44,088 nucleotides of DNA from Acidimicrobiia bacterium (GTDB taxonomy: Bacteria; Actinomycetota; Acidimicrobiia; Spongiisociales; UBA5794), in the NCBI GenBank assembly GCA_041608315.1, contig JBFISZ010000001.1, positions 1 through 44,088 of the forward strand, read 5' to 3'. This document shows positions 15,969 through 26,608 of this stretch, piece after piece. The notes under the pieces were generated by a model. That model saw only the letters and a list, made by a program, of their open reading frames with translations, was not told the origin of the DNA and ran no database searches. The first letter of the stretch is position 1, and each line of letters begins with the position of its first letter. The position numbers and the translations under genes were made by a program.

Positions 15969-16723
15969 TCGATGGTGCCGGTGAAGACGAAGTTGCCCGG
16001 TCCGGTCACCCAGGCCGCGGCGTCCACGAACTCTACGACGAGGGTGCCGCCGGGAAGCAGCACCTCGACCGGCGACTGGCTTCCCTCGTAGAGAGCCGCC
16101 GCAAAGGCGGCCGCGGAGGCTCCGGTCCCCGAAGCCATCGTCTCGCCGACGCCGCGCTCCCAGACCCGCATCCGGATCCGATTGCCCGATTCGACTTTGA
16201 CGAACTCGACGTTGGTGCCTTCGGGGAACTGGGGATCGCTCGCGATGCGGGGGCCCAACTCGCCCACCTCGGCCGTCAGCGGATCGTCGACGAATACGAC
16301 GGCATGCGGATTGCCGACGGTTACCGGCCGCACCGTCACCCCGGCGACCTCGATCGATGCGACGGTCCCCGGCCGGGGATGACCTGTCAGCGCCCGCACC
16401 AGTCCCGATTCGAGAACCTCGGCACCCAGCGGGCCCACGGCCGTTTCGATCTCCATTGCCGCGTCGTTCACCCAGCCGCGCTCGAGCGCCAGTTTGGCCA
16501 CACAACGCAGCCCGTTGCCACACATCTCGGCCTTGTGACCGTCTGCATTCCAGTACTCCATGGAGACCTTCTGGCCGCCGAGCGGTGACGCCAGCAGCAC
16601 ACCGTCGGCACCGATACCGAAACGGCGGTCGCACCATGCCTGCACCTGGGCCGGCGAGAACGCGGCCGGGCCCTCAATGACGACGAAGTCGTTGCCCAGC
16701 CCTTCCATCTTCACGAAGTCCAC
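15965..16723 (-). CDS. dapF: Diaminopimelate epimerase
   Basis: KMEGLGNDFVVI, FGIGADGVL, MCGNGLRCVAK and a second active-site region (ASGTGASAAA). Confidence 0.92.
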   Translation of the reverse strand: MDFVKMEGLGNDFVVIEGPAAFSPAQVQAWCDRRFGIGADGVLLASPLGGQKVSMEYWNADGHKAEMCGNGLRCVAKLALERGWVNDAAMEIETAVGPLGAEVLESGLVRALTGHPRPGTVASIEVAGVTVRPVTVGNPHAVVFVDDPLTAEVGELGPRIASDPQFPEGTNVEFVKVESGNRIRMRVWERGVGETMASGTGASAAAFAAALYEGSQSPVEVLLPGGTLVVEFVDAAAWVTGPGNFVFTGTID

Positions 16724-17640
16724 GCCGTCTCCTTGATCTTCTCGGTGGCCACGGCCAAAGCGAATTCAACCGCCCGTTCGAACCCATCGTGCCATGGAAT
16801 CCACCGGATGCGGGGATCTCGGCCGAAGAAGGTCCGCTGCCGCTTGGCGAGAGCCATCGTGGCGCGGATCGCCGCCTCCCGCCCCTCATCGAGCGATGCG
16901 TCACCGCGAACGACCGGCAGCAGCTCTTTGTACCCCACGCCTTGCGCCGCGGTAATGCCGAGGCGATCCTGCATGCGGTCGACCTCTTCGAGCAGCCCTC
17001 GGGCCAGCATGGCGTCGAAGCGCCGCGCCACCCGGTCCGCCAGCTCCTCGGCCGGGTCCATACCGAAGGCGAGAAGGGGTAGTCGCGCCTGGTAGGCGCG
17101 CACTGCCGCCGCGCTGGGCGTAGCTGCCCGGTCGGTCGGGGTGTCCCCGGTGATCCGGAAGATCTCGAGGGCACGAGACACCCGGCGGGGGTTGGCCAGA
17201 TCCACCGCCGAGGCGGCCCCCGGATCGGCTTCCAATAGCGCCATTACCGCATCCGCCGGATCGAGGGCCTCGATTTGCCGACGTGCGATCTCGTCGGTCG
17301 GCGGGAACTCCAGGGGGTCGACGAGAGCCCGAAAGTGGAGACCCGATCCGCCGGCAATGATCGCGATGGCGCCCCGCTGGGCGATATCGTCCACGGCCGC
17401 GACACCGAGTTCCTGGTATTGCGCCACCGTGAAGGCATCCTCCGGATCGGCGACATCGATCATGTGGTGCCGCACCGTCGCCCGGTCCGAGGCGCCCGGC
17501 TTGGCAGTGCCGATGTCCAGGCCCCGGTACACCTGCATCGAGTCGACCGAGACGATCTCACCTCCCAAAGCTGCGGCGAGTCGCATGGCAAGGGCGCTCT
17601 TGGCGGCCGCAGTGGGCCCGACAACGGCGATGGCGCCCAT
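16711..17640 (-). CDS. miaA: tRNA dimethylallyltransferase
   Basis: P-loop GPTAAAKSALA followed by SVDSMQVYRGLDIGTAKP. Confidence 0.92.
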   Translation of the reverse strand: MGAIAVVGPTAAAKSALAMRLAAALGGEIVSVDSMQVYRGLDIGTAKPGASDRATVRHHMIDVADPEDAFTVAQYQELGVAAVDDIAQRGAIAIIAGGSGLHFRALVDPLEFPPTDEIARRQIEALDPADAVMALLEADPGAASAVDLANPRRVSRALEIFRITGDTPTDRAATPSAAAVRAYQARLPLLAFGMDPAEELADRVARRFDAMLARGLLEEVDRMQDRLGITAAQGVGYKELLPVVRGDASLDEGREAAIRATMALAKRQRTFFGRDPRIRWIPWHDGFERAVEFALAVATEKIKETAWTS

Positions 17641-17652
17641 CGGGATGCCTCG

Positions 17653-19038
17653 TCAGACGGCGCGGGCGTGCAAGTGGTGGGGAGCGGCCCGCTCGATTCC
17701 CACCATCATGAACGTGCCGGGCGCATAGTGGCCGGCGATGTGAACCGGCCGGTTGCCGCGGGTGCGGGCGGTCACGACGTCCGGGTTCTTCTTCGAAGGA
17801 CCTTGAACGAGGACCTCCTCGACCCGTCCCACCTGCTCCCGGTTTCTGGCGAAGGTGATCTCGTTTTGCATGACGACCAGGCGGTCGAATCGCTCCTGGA
17901 TCACCTCTCGAGGTACGCGAGCTTCTATGTCGGCCGCCGGTGTGCCCGCCCGCGGCGAGAACTGGAATGTGAAGGCACTGTCGAAGCGAGCCGCGGCGAC
18001 GACGTCCAGCGTGTCCTGGAAGTCGGCTTCGGTTTCGCCCGGGAAGCCGACGATGATGTCGGTCGAAACGGCCAGATCGGGAATGATGGCGCGCGCCATA
18101 GCCAGCTTCTCGAGAAAGCGCTCCCCGTTGTAGCCACGATGCATCGCCGCCAGCACCGCAGCGCTGCCGCTCTGCAGCGGCAAGTGGAGCTGCTCACAGA
18201 CGGCCTCCGTCTCGGCCATAGCTCGCGCCACGTCCTGGCGGAAGTCTTTCGGGTGAGGGCTCGTGTAGCGGACCCGGCGGATGCCTTCGACCTCCCCGAC
18301 CCGGCGTAGCAGATCGGCGAACACGGGGCTGCGACCGTTCAGGTCGAGATCCCTGCCGTAGGAGTTGACGTTCTGGCCGAGCAACGTCACCTCGACGACA
18401 CCGTCACGCGCCAGCTGCCTGACCTCGCTGATCACGTCTCCGGGCCGCCGGCTGATCTCCCGGCCGCGGACCATCGGCACTATGCAGAAGGTACAGGAGT
18501 TGTTGCAGCCGATGGTGATCGTCACCCAGGCCGAGTGCTCCGAGTCACGGTGGGCGGGCAACATGGAGGGCATGTCTTCCACGGAAGTGGTCTCGTCCCA
18601 AACCTCGGCGATCGGCCCCCACTCGTCGGCATGGTCGAGCAGGTCGAGCACCCGATGGGTGTTGTGGGTCCCGAAGACGACGTCCACCCAGCCCGCCTTG
18701 TCGAGGACACCGTCGCGGTCACGCTGCGCCATACATCCGCCGACGAGTATCTGCATCGCAGGGCGGCGTTGCTTGACTGCCTTGAGGGACCCGAGATAGC
18801 CGTAGAGCTTGTTGTCGGCGTTCTCCCGTATGGTGCATGTGTTGAGCACCACCACGTCGGCCTCCTCGGCAGTGGCCGCGGCGACCATGCCGTCGGATTC
18901 GAGCAGACCGCTGATCCGCTCCGAGTCGTGATCGTTCATCTGGCAGCCGTAGGTCCGCACGAAATAGCTCTTGCCGGCGCGAGCCGGCTCCCGCGGCGAT
19001 TTCAGCGCCGGCATTCCAAGGAGAACAGAGTCGGTCAT
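17653..19038 (-). CDS. miaB: tRNA-i6A37 methylthiotransferase
   Basis: UPF0004 N-domain (TYGCQMNDHDSE), radical-SAM CNNSCTFCIVP and a TRAM C-domain. ATG 19038 was chosen; the ORF is open to 19068. Confidence 0.9.
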   Translation of the reverse strand: MTDSVLLGMPALKSPREPARAGKSYFVRTYGCQMNDHDSERISGLLESDGMVAAATAEEADVVVLNTCTIRENADNKLYGYLGSLKAVKQRRPAMQILVGGCMAQRDRDGVLDKAGWVDVVFGTHNTHRVLDLLDHADEWGPIAEVWDETTSVEDMPSMLPAHRDSEHSAWVTITIGCNNSCTFCIVPMVRGREISRRPGDVISEVRQLARDGVVEVTLLGQNVNSYGRDLDLNGRSPVFADLLRRVGEVEGIRRVRYTSPHPKDFRQDVARAMAETEAVCEQLHLPLQSGSAAVLAAMHRGYNGERFLEKLAMARAIIPDLAVSTDIIVGFPGETEADFQDTLDVVAAARFDSAFTFQFSPRAGTPAADIEARVPREVIQERFDRLVVMQNEITFARNREQVGRVEEVLVQGPSKKNPDVVTARTRGNRPVHIAGHYAPGTFMMVGIERAAPHHLHARAV

Positions 19039-19090
19039 GGCGGGAAGGGTAATGGACCGGCTGCGCACAAAGACCGAGAAAGAAGCTCGC

Positions 19091-19495
19091 CTACAGGCTG
19101 CTGAGATTCTTGGTCAGCGGAACGATCTTGTCCTCCGGCCCATAGACATGGATCGCACGGAAAGAGATCTCGTCACCTGCGGCCGATCCGAGGGCGGCAG
19201 CGTATGCCGCGTAATCGGCCGGCGCCGCCGCCTCCGTGTAGTCCACGACCGATACCTCGGGATCGGCCGAGAACGTACCCCACAATGTCCGCAACTTGGT
19301 GCTCGTCGCCTTCCGCACGATGTGCCCGATCGACGTGAGAGACTCGTGGCGATTCCCGGCCCCGTCGATGACGGCAGGCCCAAAAGCCTCGTCCGGCAAC
19401 TGGCGTCCCACGGTCAGCCCGAGGACGAAGGCCGCGTTGACGATGATTCCGGGCTCCGCGATGGACTTGTTGACGATGAGCAGGCTGATGTTCAC
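19091..19495 (-). CDS. DUF2000-like protein
   Basis: 134 aa whose overall pattern resembles the DUF2000 family as recalled: N-terminal beta strand and NAAFVLG helix, D..GN....L, C-terminal K.V.LTK. Not verified by search. Confidence 0.55.
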   Translation of the reverse strand: MNISLLIVNKSIAEPGIIVNAAFVLGLTVGRQLPDEAFGPAVIDGAGNRHESLTSIGHIVRKATSTKLRTLWGTFSADPEVSVVDYTEAAAPADYAAYAAALGSAAGDEISFRAIHVYGPEDKIVPLTKNLSSL

Positions 19496-19503
19496 CGAGA
19501 CCT

Positions 19504-21039
19504 CTAACGCGCGTAGTCCCGGGCCCGATACTCGCGGATCACGGTTACTTCGATCTGACCGGGGTACTGCAGGTCGTTCTCGAGACGACGGGCGATGTTC
19601 CGAGCCAGATCGGCCGAAGCCAGATCGTCGATAGCCCCCGGGTCGACGACGACCCGGATCTCACGGCCCGCTTGCATGGCGAACACCCGCTCGACCCCGG
19701 CGAATGAGGCGGCGATCTCCTCGAGCTGTTCGAGGCGCCGCACGTAGCTCTCCAGCGCCTCGCGGCGGGCCCCGGGGCGGGCTGCCGACACCGCGTCGGC
19801 TGCTTGGACCAGGATCGCGGTCAAAGTTCGCGGCTCGACTTCGTTGTGATGCGCTTCGATGGCGTGGACGATGCCGGCCTCTTCGCCGAAGCGGCGGGCG
19901 ATCTCGGCCCCGATCAATGCGTGGCTGCCGCCCACTTCGTGGGTCACTGCCTTGCCGATGTCATGGAGGAAAGCGGCCCGCTTGGCTTCATCGGGGTCGA
20001 TGCCGAGCTCGGAGGCGAGCATCGATGCGATCTGAGATGACTCGACGAGGTGGTTGAGAACGTTCTGGCCGTACGAGGTGCGGTACTTGAGGCGCCCCAG
20101 CAAAGTGACCAGCTCCGGGTGGACTCGGCTGAGGCCGACCTCGAGGAGTGCCCACTCCCCGGCGTCGAGGACGCTTTGTTCGACCTGGTCGCGTGCCTTG
20201 TTGTAGTTCTCCTCAATGGATGCCGGATGGATGCGGCCATCTTCGATGAGTCGCTCCAGCGTGATTCGAGCGACCTCGCGCCGCACCGGGTCGAACGTGG
20301 AGACGGACACAGCTTCCGGGGTGTCGTCGACGATGAGATTGACGCCGGTGACGGCCTCAAAGGTGCGGATGTTACGACCGTCGCGGCCGATGATGCGGCC
20401 CTTCATGTCGTCGGAGGGCAGGCTCACCACCGAAACCGTGTTGGATGACACGACCTCGGCCGAAAGACGCTGGACTGCGGTGGCGAGCACGCGCCGAGCT
20501 CGGCGTTCGGCCTCCTCGCGGGCTTTCATCTCGAGGTCGCGCATCAGGACCATGGCCTCACGTCGACCCTCGTCCTCGACCTTCTGCAACAACTCGGCTT
20601 TCGCTGCCTGGGCGTCGAACCCGGCGACTCTTTCCAGGTTGGACCTAGCCTGCTCGCGCATGGACTCGGCGTCGCGTTGGGCGCCGACGACTTCCTCTTC
20701 CTTGGCGAGGATGCGCTCCTCTCGCTGCGCCAGGTTCGCCGCCCGCTGTTCGAGCGTGGACTCGCGCTGTTCGAGGCGATCCTCGAGCGAGCTCACCTCG
20801 AGCCGGCGGTGCTCGAGCGACTCGACCTCGCGCTCCCGGTAGCTCTCGGCGAGGGCTCGAGCGTCCTCTTCCGCCCGCGACAACGTCCGCTGGGCCTCGA
20901 TGCGCGCCTCACTGAGGACCTTCTCGGCGGTCTGGGTGGCCTCCCGAGTGCGCCGCCTGTGTACTTCGCGACCCGAGAAGAAGGCAAGCAACCCGACCGA
21001 GATTGCGATTAGCGCTGTGATGAGCCACTGGTTCTCCAT
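19504..21039 (-). CDS. rny: Ribonuclease Y
   Basis: N-terminal TM segment (WLITALIAISVGLLAFF), coiled coil, KH domain (KGRIIGRDGRNIRTFE) and HD domain (HDIGKA...HH). ATG 21039 is preceded by GAGGAGAAG. Confidence 0.92.
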   Translation of the reverse strand: MENQWLITALIAISVGLLAFFSGREVHRRRTREATQTAEKVLSEARIEAQRTLSRAEEDARALAESYREREVESLEHRRLEVSSLEDRLEQRESTLEQRAANLAQREERILAKEEEVVGAQRDAESMREQARSNLERVAGFDAQAAKAELLQKVEDEGRREAMVLMRDLEMKAREEAERRARRVLATAVQRLSAEVVSSNTVSVVSLPSDDMKGRIIGRDGRNIRTFEAVTGVNLIVDDTPEAVSVSTFDPVRREVARITLERLIEDGRIHPASIEENYNKARDQVEQSVLDAGEWALLEVGLSRVHPELVTLLGRLKYRTSYGQNVLNHLVESSQIASMLASELGIDPDEAKRAAFLHDIGKAVTHEVGGSHALIGAEIARRFGEEAGIVHAIEAHHNEVEPRTLTAILVQAADAVSAARPGARREALESYVRRLEQLEEIAASFAGVERVFAMQAGREIRVVVDPGAIDDLASADLARNIARRLENDLQYPGQIEVTVIREYRARDYAR

Positions 21040-21070
21040 CTTCTCCTCGTTTCCAGTACCGAAACGCAGC

Positions 21071-21094
21071 GTGCCGAGCCCAACGGCTCGGCAC
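21071..21094. other. Perfect 10-bp hairpin in the rny leader
   Basis: GTGCCGAGCC-CAAC-GGCTCGGCAC, about 30 nt upstream of the rny start codon. It could be a terminator for an upstream minus-strand transcript or a 5' stabiliser. Confidence 0.5.
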
Positions 21095-21590
21095 ACACGA
21101 GTCACATCAACGACGAATAGCGGAACTCAGCGCCCTACGGCACCGACACCCCCATGATGATTCGTAGCCAACATTCGAACTTGTCTCGGCTCTTTAGGTG
21201 TTTCTGTGTTACAAGTGTGTGGTCCACTGATCGTAACCCACAATCCCTAGTCGCGGATACGGTTTTCGCGCCTTTTTGGCATATGACCGGGTTTTTTTCC
21301 CTAGTTGTATTGATCCGGCAGGTTGTTGACACTCGGTGGGACTCGGGCGTCGTTCCCAGCCCTACACGGTTCTTGCGTATCTGACGGCCCATATGGGGGG
21401 ATGTACGCATGTTCCAGAGAGTCAACGATCACCGAGATTCTTGCGGATCCGCCGCCCATATAGGCCGGGATATACGGATATACGCAAGAACGGAACGCCG
21501 CCGTTACCCGCAGGCACCAGCCGTGGCTGGACTGCCCCAACCGAGCTTGCCAACAACCACAGGTGTCAACAACGCATCGCGACAGTACAC

Positions 21591-22679
<1,089 letters not shown>

Positions 22680-22778
22680 CAGGTTCCCTTCCCGGTGTTC
22701 TTCTGAGTCGTCCGATTGGCTGGAAAGCTACCGCCCGGGTACGACAAAACTACAGCAATGTGACTCCGGCAGAATAGG

Positions 22779-22792
22779 CGAACGTGTGTTCG
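22779..22792. promoter_or_regulatory. LexA (SOS) box upstream of recA
   Basis: CGAACGTGTGTTCG, a perfect GAAC-N4-GTTC palindrome 100 bp upstream of the recA ATG. Confidence 0.75.
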
Positions 22793-22900
22793 ATGGCAAC
22801 AACCGCTCCCGCTCCGAGCTGTTCTTCGCAAACCCGACCCGGTGACCGGAACGCTGCAGGCCCTCCGCACCGAGGAGGAGCGGCCGGAACCCGGCGACTC

Positions 22901-23257
22901 TCAGTCGCGCAGGGCGCGCCACACGCCCACTGCGGCCAGCACGACCGTCACTGCGATCTTGGTGACATCGGGCAGGGCCGTCACCTCCGTACCCGTCGGC
23001 GCCAGACGGATGATCGCAACCGGGCGTCCTTGGGAGACACCGCCGCCGCCGGCTCCCCCGCCGCCGCTGTCGTCCTTGTCGCTGCCGGCACCGAAACCGA
23101 ACCCGCCGGCCCGTTCCCAAGCGGCCGCCGTGATCACGACGTCGTCGCCCAAATAGTGCGGGTCGGAGAAGACCGTTGACGGTGCCGTCGCGCCGAAGAA
23201 AGCCTGCATCAAGCCCTCAGCTCGGGTCCCGGCCTCGGTGATATTGTCATCTGTCAT
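22901..23257 (-). CDS. GerW/YtfJ-like protein
   Basis: 118 aa with a FGFGAGS...GGGGAGGGG...GRPVAIIRL core and a C-terminal hydrophobic helix, as in the GerW (YtfJ) family. Confidence 0.6.
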   Translation of the reverse strand: MTDDNITEAGTRAEGLMQAFFGATAPSTVFSDPHYLGDDVVITAAAWERAGGFGFGAGSDKDDSGGGGAGGGGVSQGRPVAIIRLAPTGTEVTALPDVTKIAVTVVLAAVGVWRALRD

Positions 23258-23508
23258 CTGCGCATCACTCTCACGATCATGGCCAGCGTCACCGCAAGCA
23301 GCCCGGCCAACCGGGCGACCATCACAAGGTCTGGGATCACGGTCACGGTTCCTCCTCGCTCCACTGCAACGGGACGGTCGTAGCGGGCGCCGCCGCCGGC
23401 CGCGCCCGATCCGATCCTGATCGAGAGCCGCTCGGCGACGAGCCCGCAGGGCCGGCCCGCGCCGTCGAACGAGTCGTGGCGAGAGCGGGTCCGGTCGAAC
23501 TGCAGCAT
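23254..23508 (-). CDS. Hypothetical protein, short paralog of the GerW-like C-terminal half
   Basis: 84 aa. IRIGSGAAGGGA...RPVAVERGGTVTVIPDL plus a C-terminal hydrophobic helix parallels the downstream gene. Stop and start overlap (ATGA). Confidence 0.45.
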   Translation of the reverse strand: MLQFDRTRSRHDSFDGAGRPCGLVAERLSIRIGSGAAGGGARYDRPVAVERGGTVTVIPDLVMVARLAGLLAVTLAMIVRVMRR

Positions 23509-23606
23509 GGTCCCAGCCTATCGCACCGTTCTGGCAACATCCGGCAGATATCGGCTGCGGGAATCCACATCAGAACGCAGGAAGAGCCGCGCAAGCCGCC
23601 GCGCGG

Positions 23607-24161
23607 CTACTCCAACCCGACACGGTCGAGCTCCCGGTAGACGGTCGTCCCGGAACCGGTGATCGACTCGTACAGCACCACTGCGGTGACCGGGAGGCGG
23701 CCGGGAAAGCGCGGGTAGTCATCGACCAGCGCGGTGAGATCCTGGGGCGGCCGCACCCGAGAGAGGCTCAGGTGCGGGTGGAAAGGGCGCTCCTCGGGGT
23801 CGTAGCCGGCCGCCACCGCCGCCCGTTCACACGACACCGCCAGGTCGACTAGGTCGTCACCCCCGGCGGCAACGGCCAGCCAGACCACCGTCGCCTTCCG
23901 CGGATAGGGGAAGGTGCCCAGGCCACCGAACCCGATGGTGAATGGATCGTGGTCGAGGCCCTGATCCAATTCGGATAGCACTTTGTCCTGCTGCACCTGC
24001 GTGGAACGGCCCAGGAAACGCAGTGTGATGTGCCAGTTCTCGGCGGGCACTCGCTGGCCCGGGATCTCCGGCTTGTCGTCGCCGCTCACAAAGGCGGCCA
24101 GGGCGTGGCGCGAATCGTCATCGAGAGCCACCGCCAGGAACAGCCGCCGCTCGCTGCTCAC
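23607..24161 (-). CDS. thpR: RNA 2',3'-cyclic phosphodiesterase (2H phosphoesterase, ThpR/LigT-like)
   Basis: Two H-x-T/S-x motifs (WHITLRFLG and HPHLSLSR). The GTG start overlaps the cinA TGA (GTGA) and is preceded by AGGAGG. The long N-terminal ORF extension is an alternative frame of cinA. Confidence 0.8.
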   Translation of the reverse strand: MSSERRLFLAVALDDDSRHALAAFVSGDDKPEIPGQRVPAENWHITLRFLGRSTQVQQDKVLSELDQGLDHDPFTIGFGGLGTFPYPRKATVVWLAVAAGGDDLVDLAVSCERAAVAAGYDPEERPFHPHLSLSRVRPPQDLTALVDDYPRFPGRLPVTAVVLYESITGSGTTVYRELDRVGLE

Positions 24162-25408
24162 GGCCCCGCCTCCTGGAGAGCCAAGCGCAGGTGATGCAGC
24201 GCCGCCGTCGTCGTGTAGGTCCGCACCCGCTCGCGGTCGCCGGGCAGCCGCAACGTCCGCGCCCCGGCCCCCAGCGGGGTGCGGACCGCAAAAACCATCG
24301 TGCCCACCGGCTGGTCCTGCGGATCCGGTCCGGCGCTGCCGGTCACGGCAACCGTTACATCCGCCTCGAGCGCCCGCGCCGCGCCTGCGACCATCTCGAG
24401 CGCCACCGGCTCGCTCACGACACCGTGGGCCGCGATCGTGGCCGGGTCGACCCCGAGGATGCCCGTCTTGATGTCCTCCTGGTAGGCCACCACCGACCCG
24501 CGAAAGGTGTCGCTGCACCCCGGCACCGCCGTCAGCCGGGCCGCGATCATGCCCCCCGTTGCCGACTCGGCGGTGCCCAGCGACCATCCCCGAGCCCGTA
24601 ACCGCGAGTAGATGACCTCCTCGATCGTGTCGTTGTCGGCGCCGAACACCCGTTCCCCGAGCCGGGCGCGCACCTCCGCTTCCACCGGGCCGATCAGCTC
24701 GGCTGCGGCCTGCGTCGTCGCGGCCCGCGCCGTGAGCCGCACCTTGATCTCACCGGAAGAGGCCAGGAACGCGACCGTGGGGTTGCGCGATGATTCGAAC
24801 AGATCGTCGAGGATCTCGCCGACCATCGACTCGGACTCTCCCCAAGTCCGGATCACGCGGGAGACCATCACGGCGTTGTCACCGCCGGCGAGGTCTCGCA
24901 ACACCGGCATCACGTGCCCGTCGATCATCGGGAACAGCTCGGCGGGTACCCCGGGGACCGCAAACAGCACGGTGTCGCCCATATCGAGGCGGAGCCCGGG
25001 AGCGGTGCCTTTGGGGTTGGGCAGCGGAATCGCCCCCTCCGGGTGGTCGGCCTGCTTCAGATTCGACTCCGGCATCTCGCGACCCCGCCTCTCCCAGTAC
25101 TGGCGGAGCCGGACTGCGTATTCCTCGTCGCGCACCAGCGGGACGCCGGCGGCGGCCGCCATCGCCTCCCGGGTCAGGTCGTCCCGGGTCGGGCCCAGGC
25201 CCCCGCTGAGGATCACGGCGTCCGAGCGCGCCGCCGCGGCGTCGATCGCCGCCACGACCCGATCGAGGTTGTCGCCGACGACGGTCTGCTGGAAATGGTC
25301 GAGCCCGGCATCCGCCAGCCGCGAGCCGATCCAGCTGGCGTTGGTGTTGACGATCTGTCCCAGCAACAGCTCGGTACCGACCGCGATGAACTCGACGGAG
25401 AAGCCCAT
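24158..25408 (-). CDS. cinA: Competence/damage-inducible protein CinA (MoCF-binding plus PncC-type NMN deamidase domains)
   Basis: IAVGTELLLGQIVNTNASWI, GGLGPTRDDLT and the C-terminal CinA domain (TAESATGGMIAARLT...GSAGP). Confidence 0.9.
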   Translation of the reverse strand: MGFSVEFIAVGTELLLGQIVNTNASWIGSRLADAGLDHFQQTVVGDNLDRVVAAIDAAAARSDAVILSGGLGPTRDDLTREAMAAAAGVPLVRDEEYAVRLRQYWERRGREMPESNLKQADHPEGAIPLPNPKGTAPGLRLDMGDTVLFAVPGVPAELFPMIDGHVMPVLRDLAGGDNAVMVSRVIRTWGESESMVGEILDDLFESSRNPTVAFLASSGEIKVRLTARAATTQAAAELIGPVEAEVRARLGERVFGADNDTIEEVIYSRLRARGWSLGTAESATGGMIAARLTAVPGCSDTFRGSVVAYQEDIKTGILGVDPATIAAHGVVSEPVALEMVAGAARALEADVTVAVTGSAGPDPQDQPVGTMVFAVRTPLGAGARTLRLPGDRERVRTYTTTAALHHLRLALQEAGP

Positions 25409-25575
25409 AGCGGGAGACTAGGAGACTGGACGCGGCCGGCGGTCAATCCCGATGCTTGGTGTCCGGGAACCGATGAGCCCGGCAGCGCGTGGCGGCCGCG
25501 ACCCCTCCACCGAGCTCGCCAGGCCAACCGCACCCCCCAGCCACAGAAACCACGGTCGACTGCGCAAACCTCTCG

Positions 25576-26511
25576 TCATTCCGGCTGCCGAGCCGGATTC
25601 GTCTGCAGCGTGAAGACGTCGGGGCGGGAGTAATGGCCGACCGGGTCGAAGTCGAGCCTGGCCTCAGTGATGGCTCGCAAGTCCACCGTTGCCGTGACTA
25701 TGGCCTCCTGCCCGTATGAGGGCCCGGCGAGCACCTCCCCGAGGGGCCCGATGATGCACGATCCGCCTCGGGTCGTGAAGGGCGTGGCGGGGTCGTCCCG
25801 GGCCGGATAGTCGGCCGGGTAGTCGTCCTCGGTCGTGTACTGGTTACAGGAGACGACGAAGCAGCGGCCCTCGAGAGCGACGTGGCGCATGGTGGCGATC
25901 CACTCATCGCGAGCATCGGCGGTGGGGGCGACGTAGATCTCGGTGCCCCGGCTGTACAACCAGGTTCGGTAGAGCGGCATGTAACTCTCCCAGCAGATCG
26001 CCGTGCCGATCCGCCCCACTGGGGTCTCGATGACCGGCATTGTCGTTCCGTCGCCCTGCCCCCACATGATGCGCTCGGCCGCCGTTGGCATGAGCTTGCG
26101 GTGTTTGGCGACGAGCCCCTGCGTGGGCTCAACCGTGAGGGCGGTGCAGTAGAGGGTGCCGCCATTGCGTTCGATGACGCCGACGACAAGAGTGGCCGAG
26201 ATCTCTGTCGCCAGTTCGCCGAGGGCCGCAGTGACCGGCCCCGGAACATCGACCGAGCTCTCCCAGCAGCGGGCGAACCAGTCGCGGCCCTCGGGCGTGC
26301 GGAAGCCGACGGTGGCGCCAAAGGTGAGCCCGCGGGGGTATCCGGATAGGAACGCCTCGGGGAACACTATGAGGTCGGCGCCGCCGCTCGCGGCCTGTCG
26401 GGTGAGTGTCTGCAGCTTCTCGAGACTGGCATCGCAGTCGAAGGCAACCGAGGCGGCTTGGACTGCGGCGATACGCACGGAACGGCCCGTCTTGACTGCT
26501 GCGGAGATCAT
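25576..26511 (-). CDS. Nitrilase / carbon-nitrogen hydrolase family protein
   Basis: E-K-C triad context: IVFPEAFLSGYP, HRKLMPT and ICWESYMP. Confidence 0.85.
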   Translation of the reverse strand: MISAAVKTGRSVRIAAVQAASVAFDCDASLEKLQTLTRQAASGGADLIVFPEAFLSGYPRGLTFGATVGFRTPEGRDWFARCWESSVDVPGPVTAALGELATEISATLVVGVIERNGGTLYCTALTVEPTQGLVAKHRKLMPTAAERIMWGQGDGTTMPVIETPVGRIGTAICWESYMPLYRTWLYSRGTEIYVAPTADARDEWIATMRHVALEGRCFVVSCNQYTTEDDYPADYPARDDPATPFTTRGGSCIIGPLGEVLAGPSYGQEAIVTATVDLRAITEARLDFDPVGHYSRPDVFTLQTNPARQPE

Positions 26512-26608
26512 CGTCGACTTCTATGGCGTCGGAATCGGTGGGTCTGCCCAGCGTAACCGGCGAGGGCGGCCGGCACGATATCCGGGCACGAGATGCTGGT
26601 GGGGTCTC

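Noticed and set aside
21176-21189. CGAACTTGTCTCGG upstream of rny as a LexA box.
   Set aside because: Only the left half-site (CGAAC) fits. The right half is CTCGG rather than GTTCG.
21135-21425. 96-aa ORF (and other 60-90-aa ORFs) inside the recA-rny spacer.
   Set aside because: No RBS, atypical composition for this genome's coding regions, and overlap with the palindromic repeat blocks. More likely non-coding.
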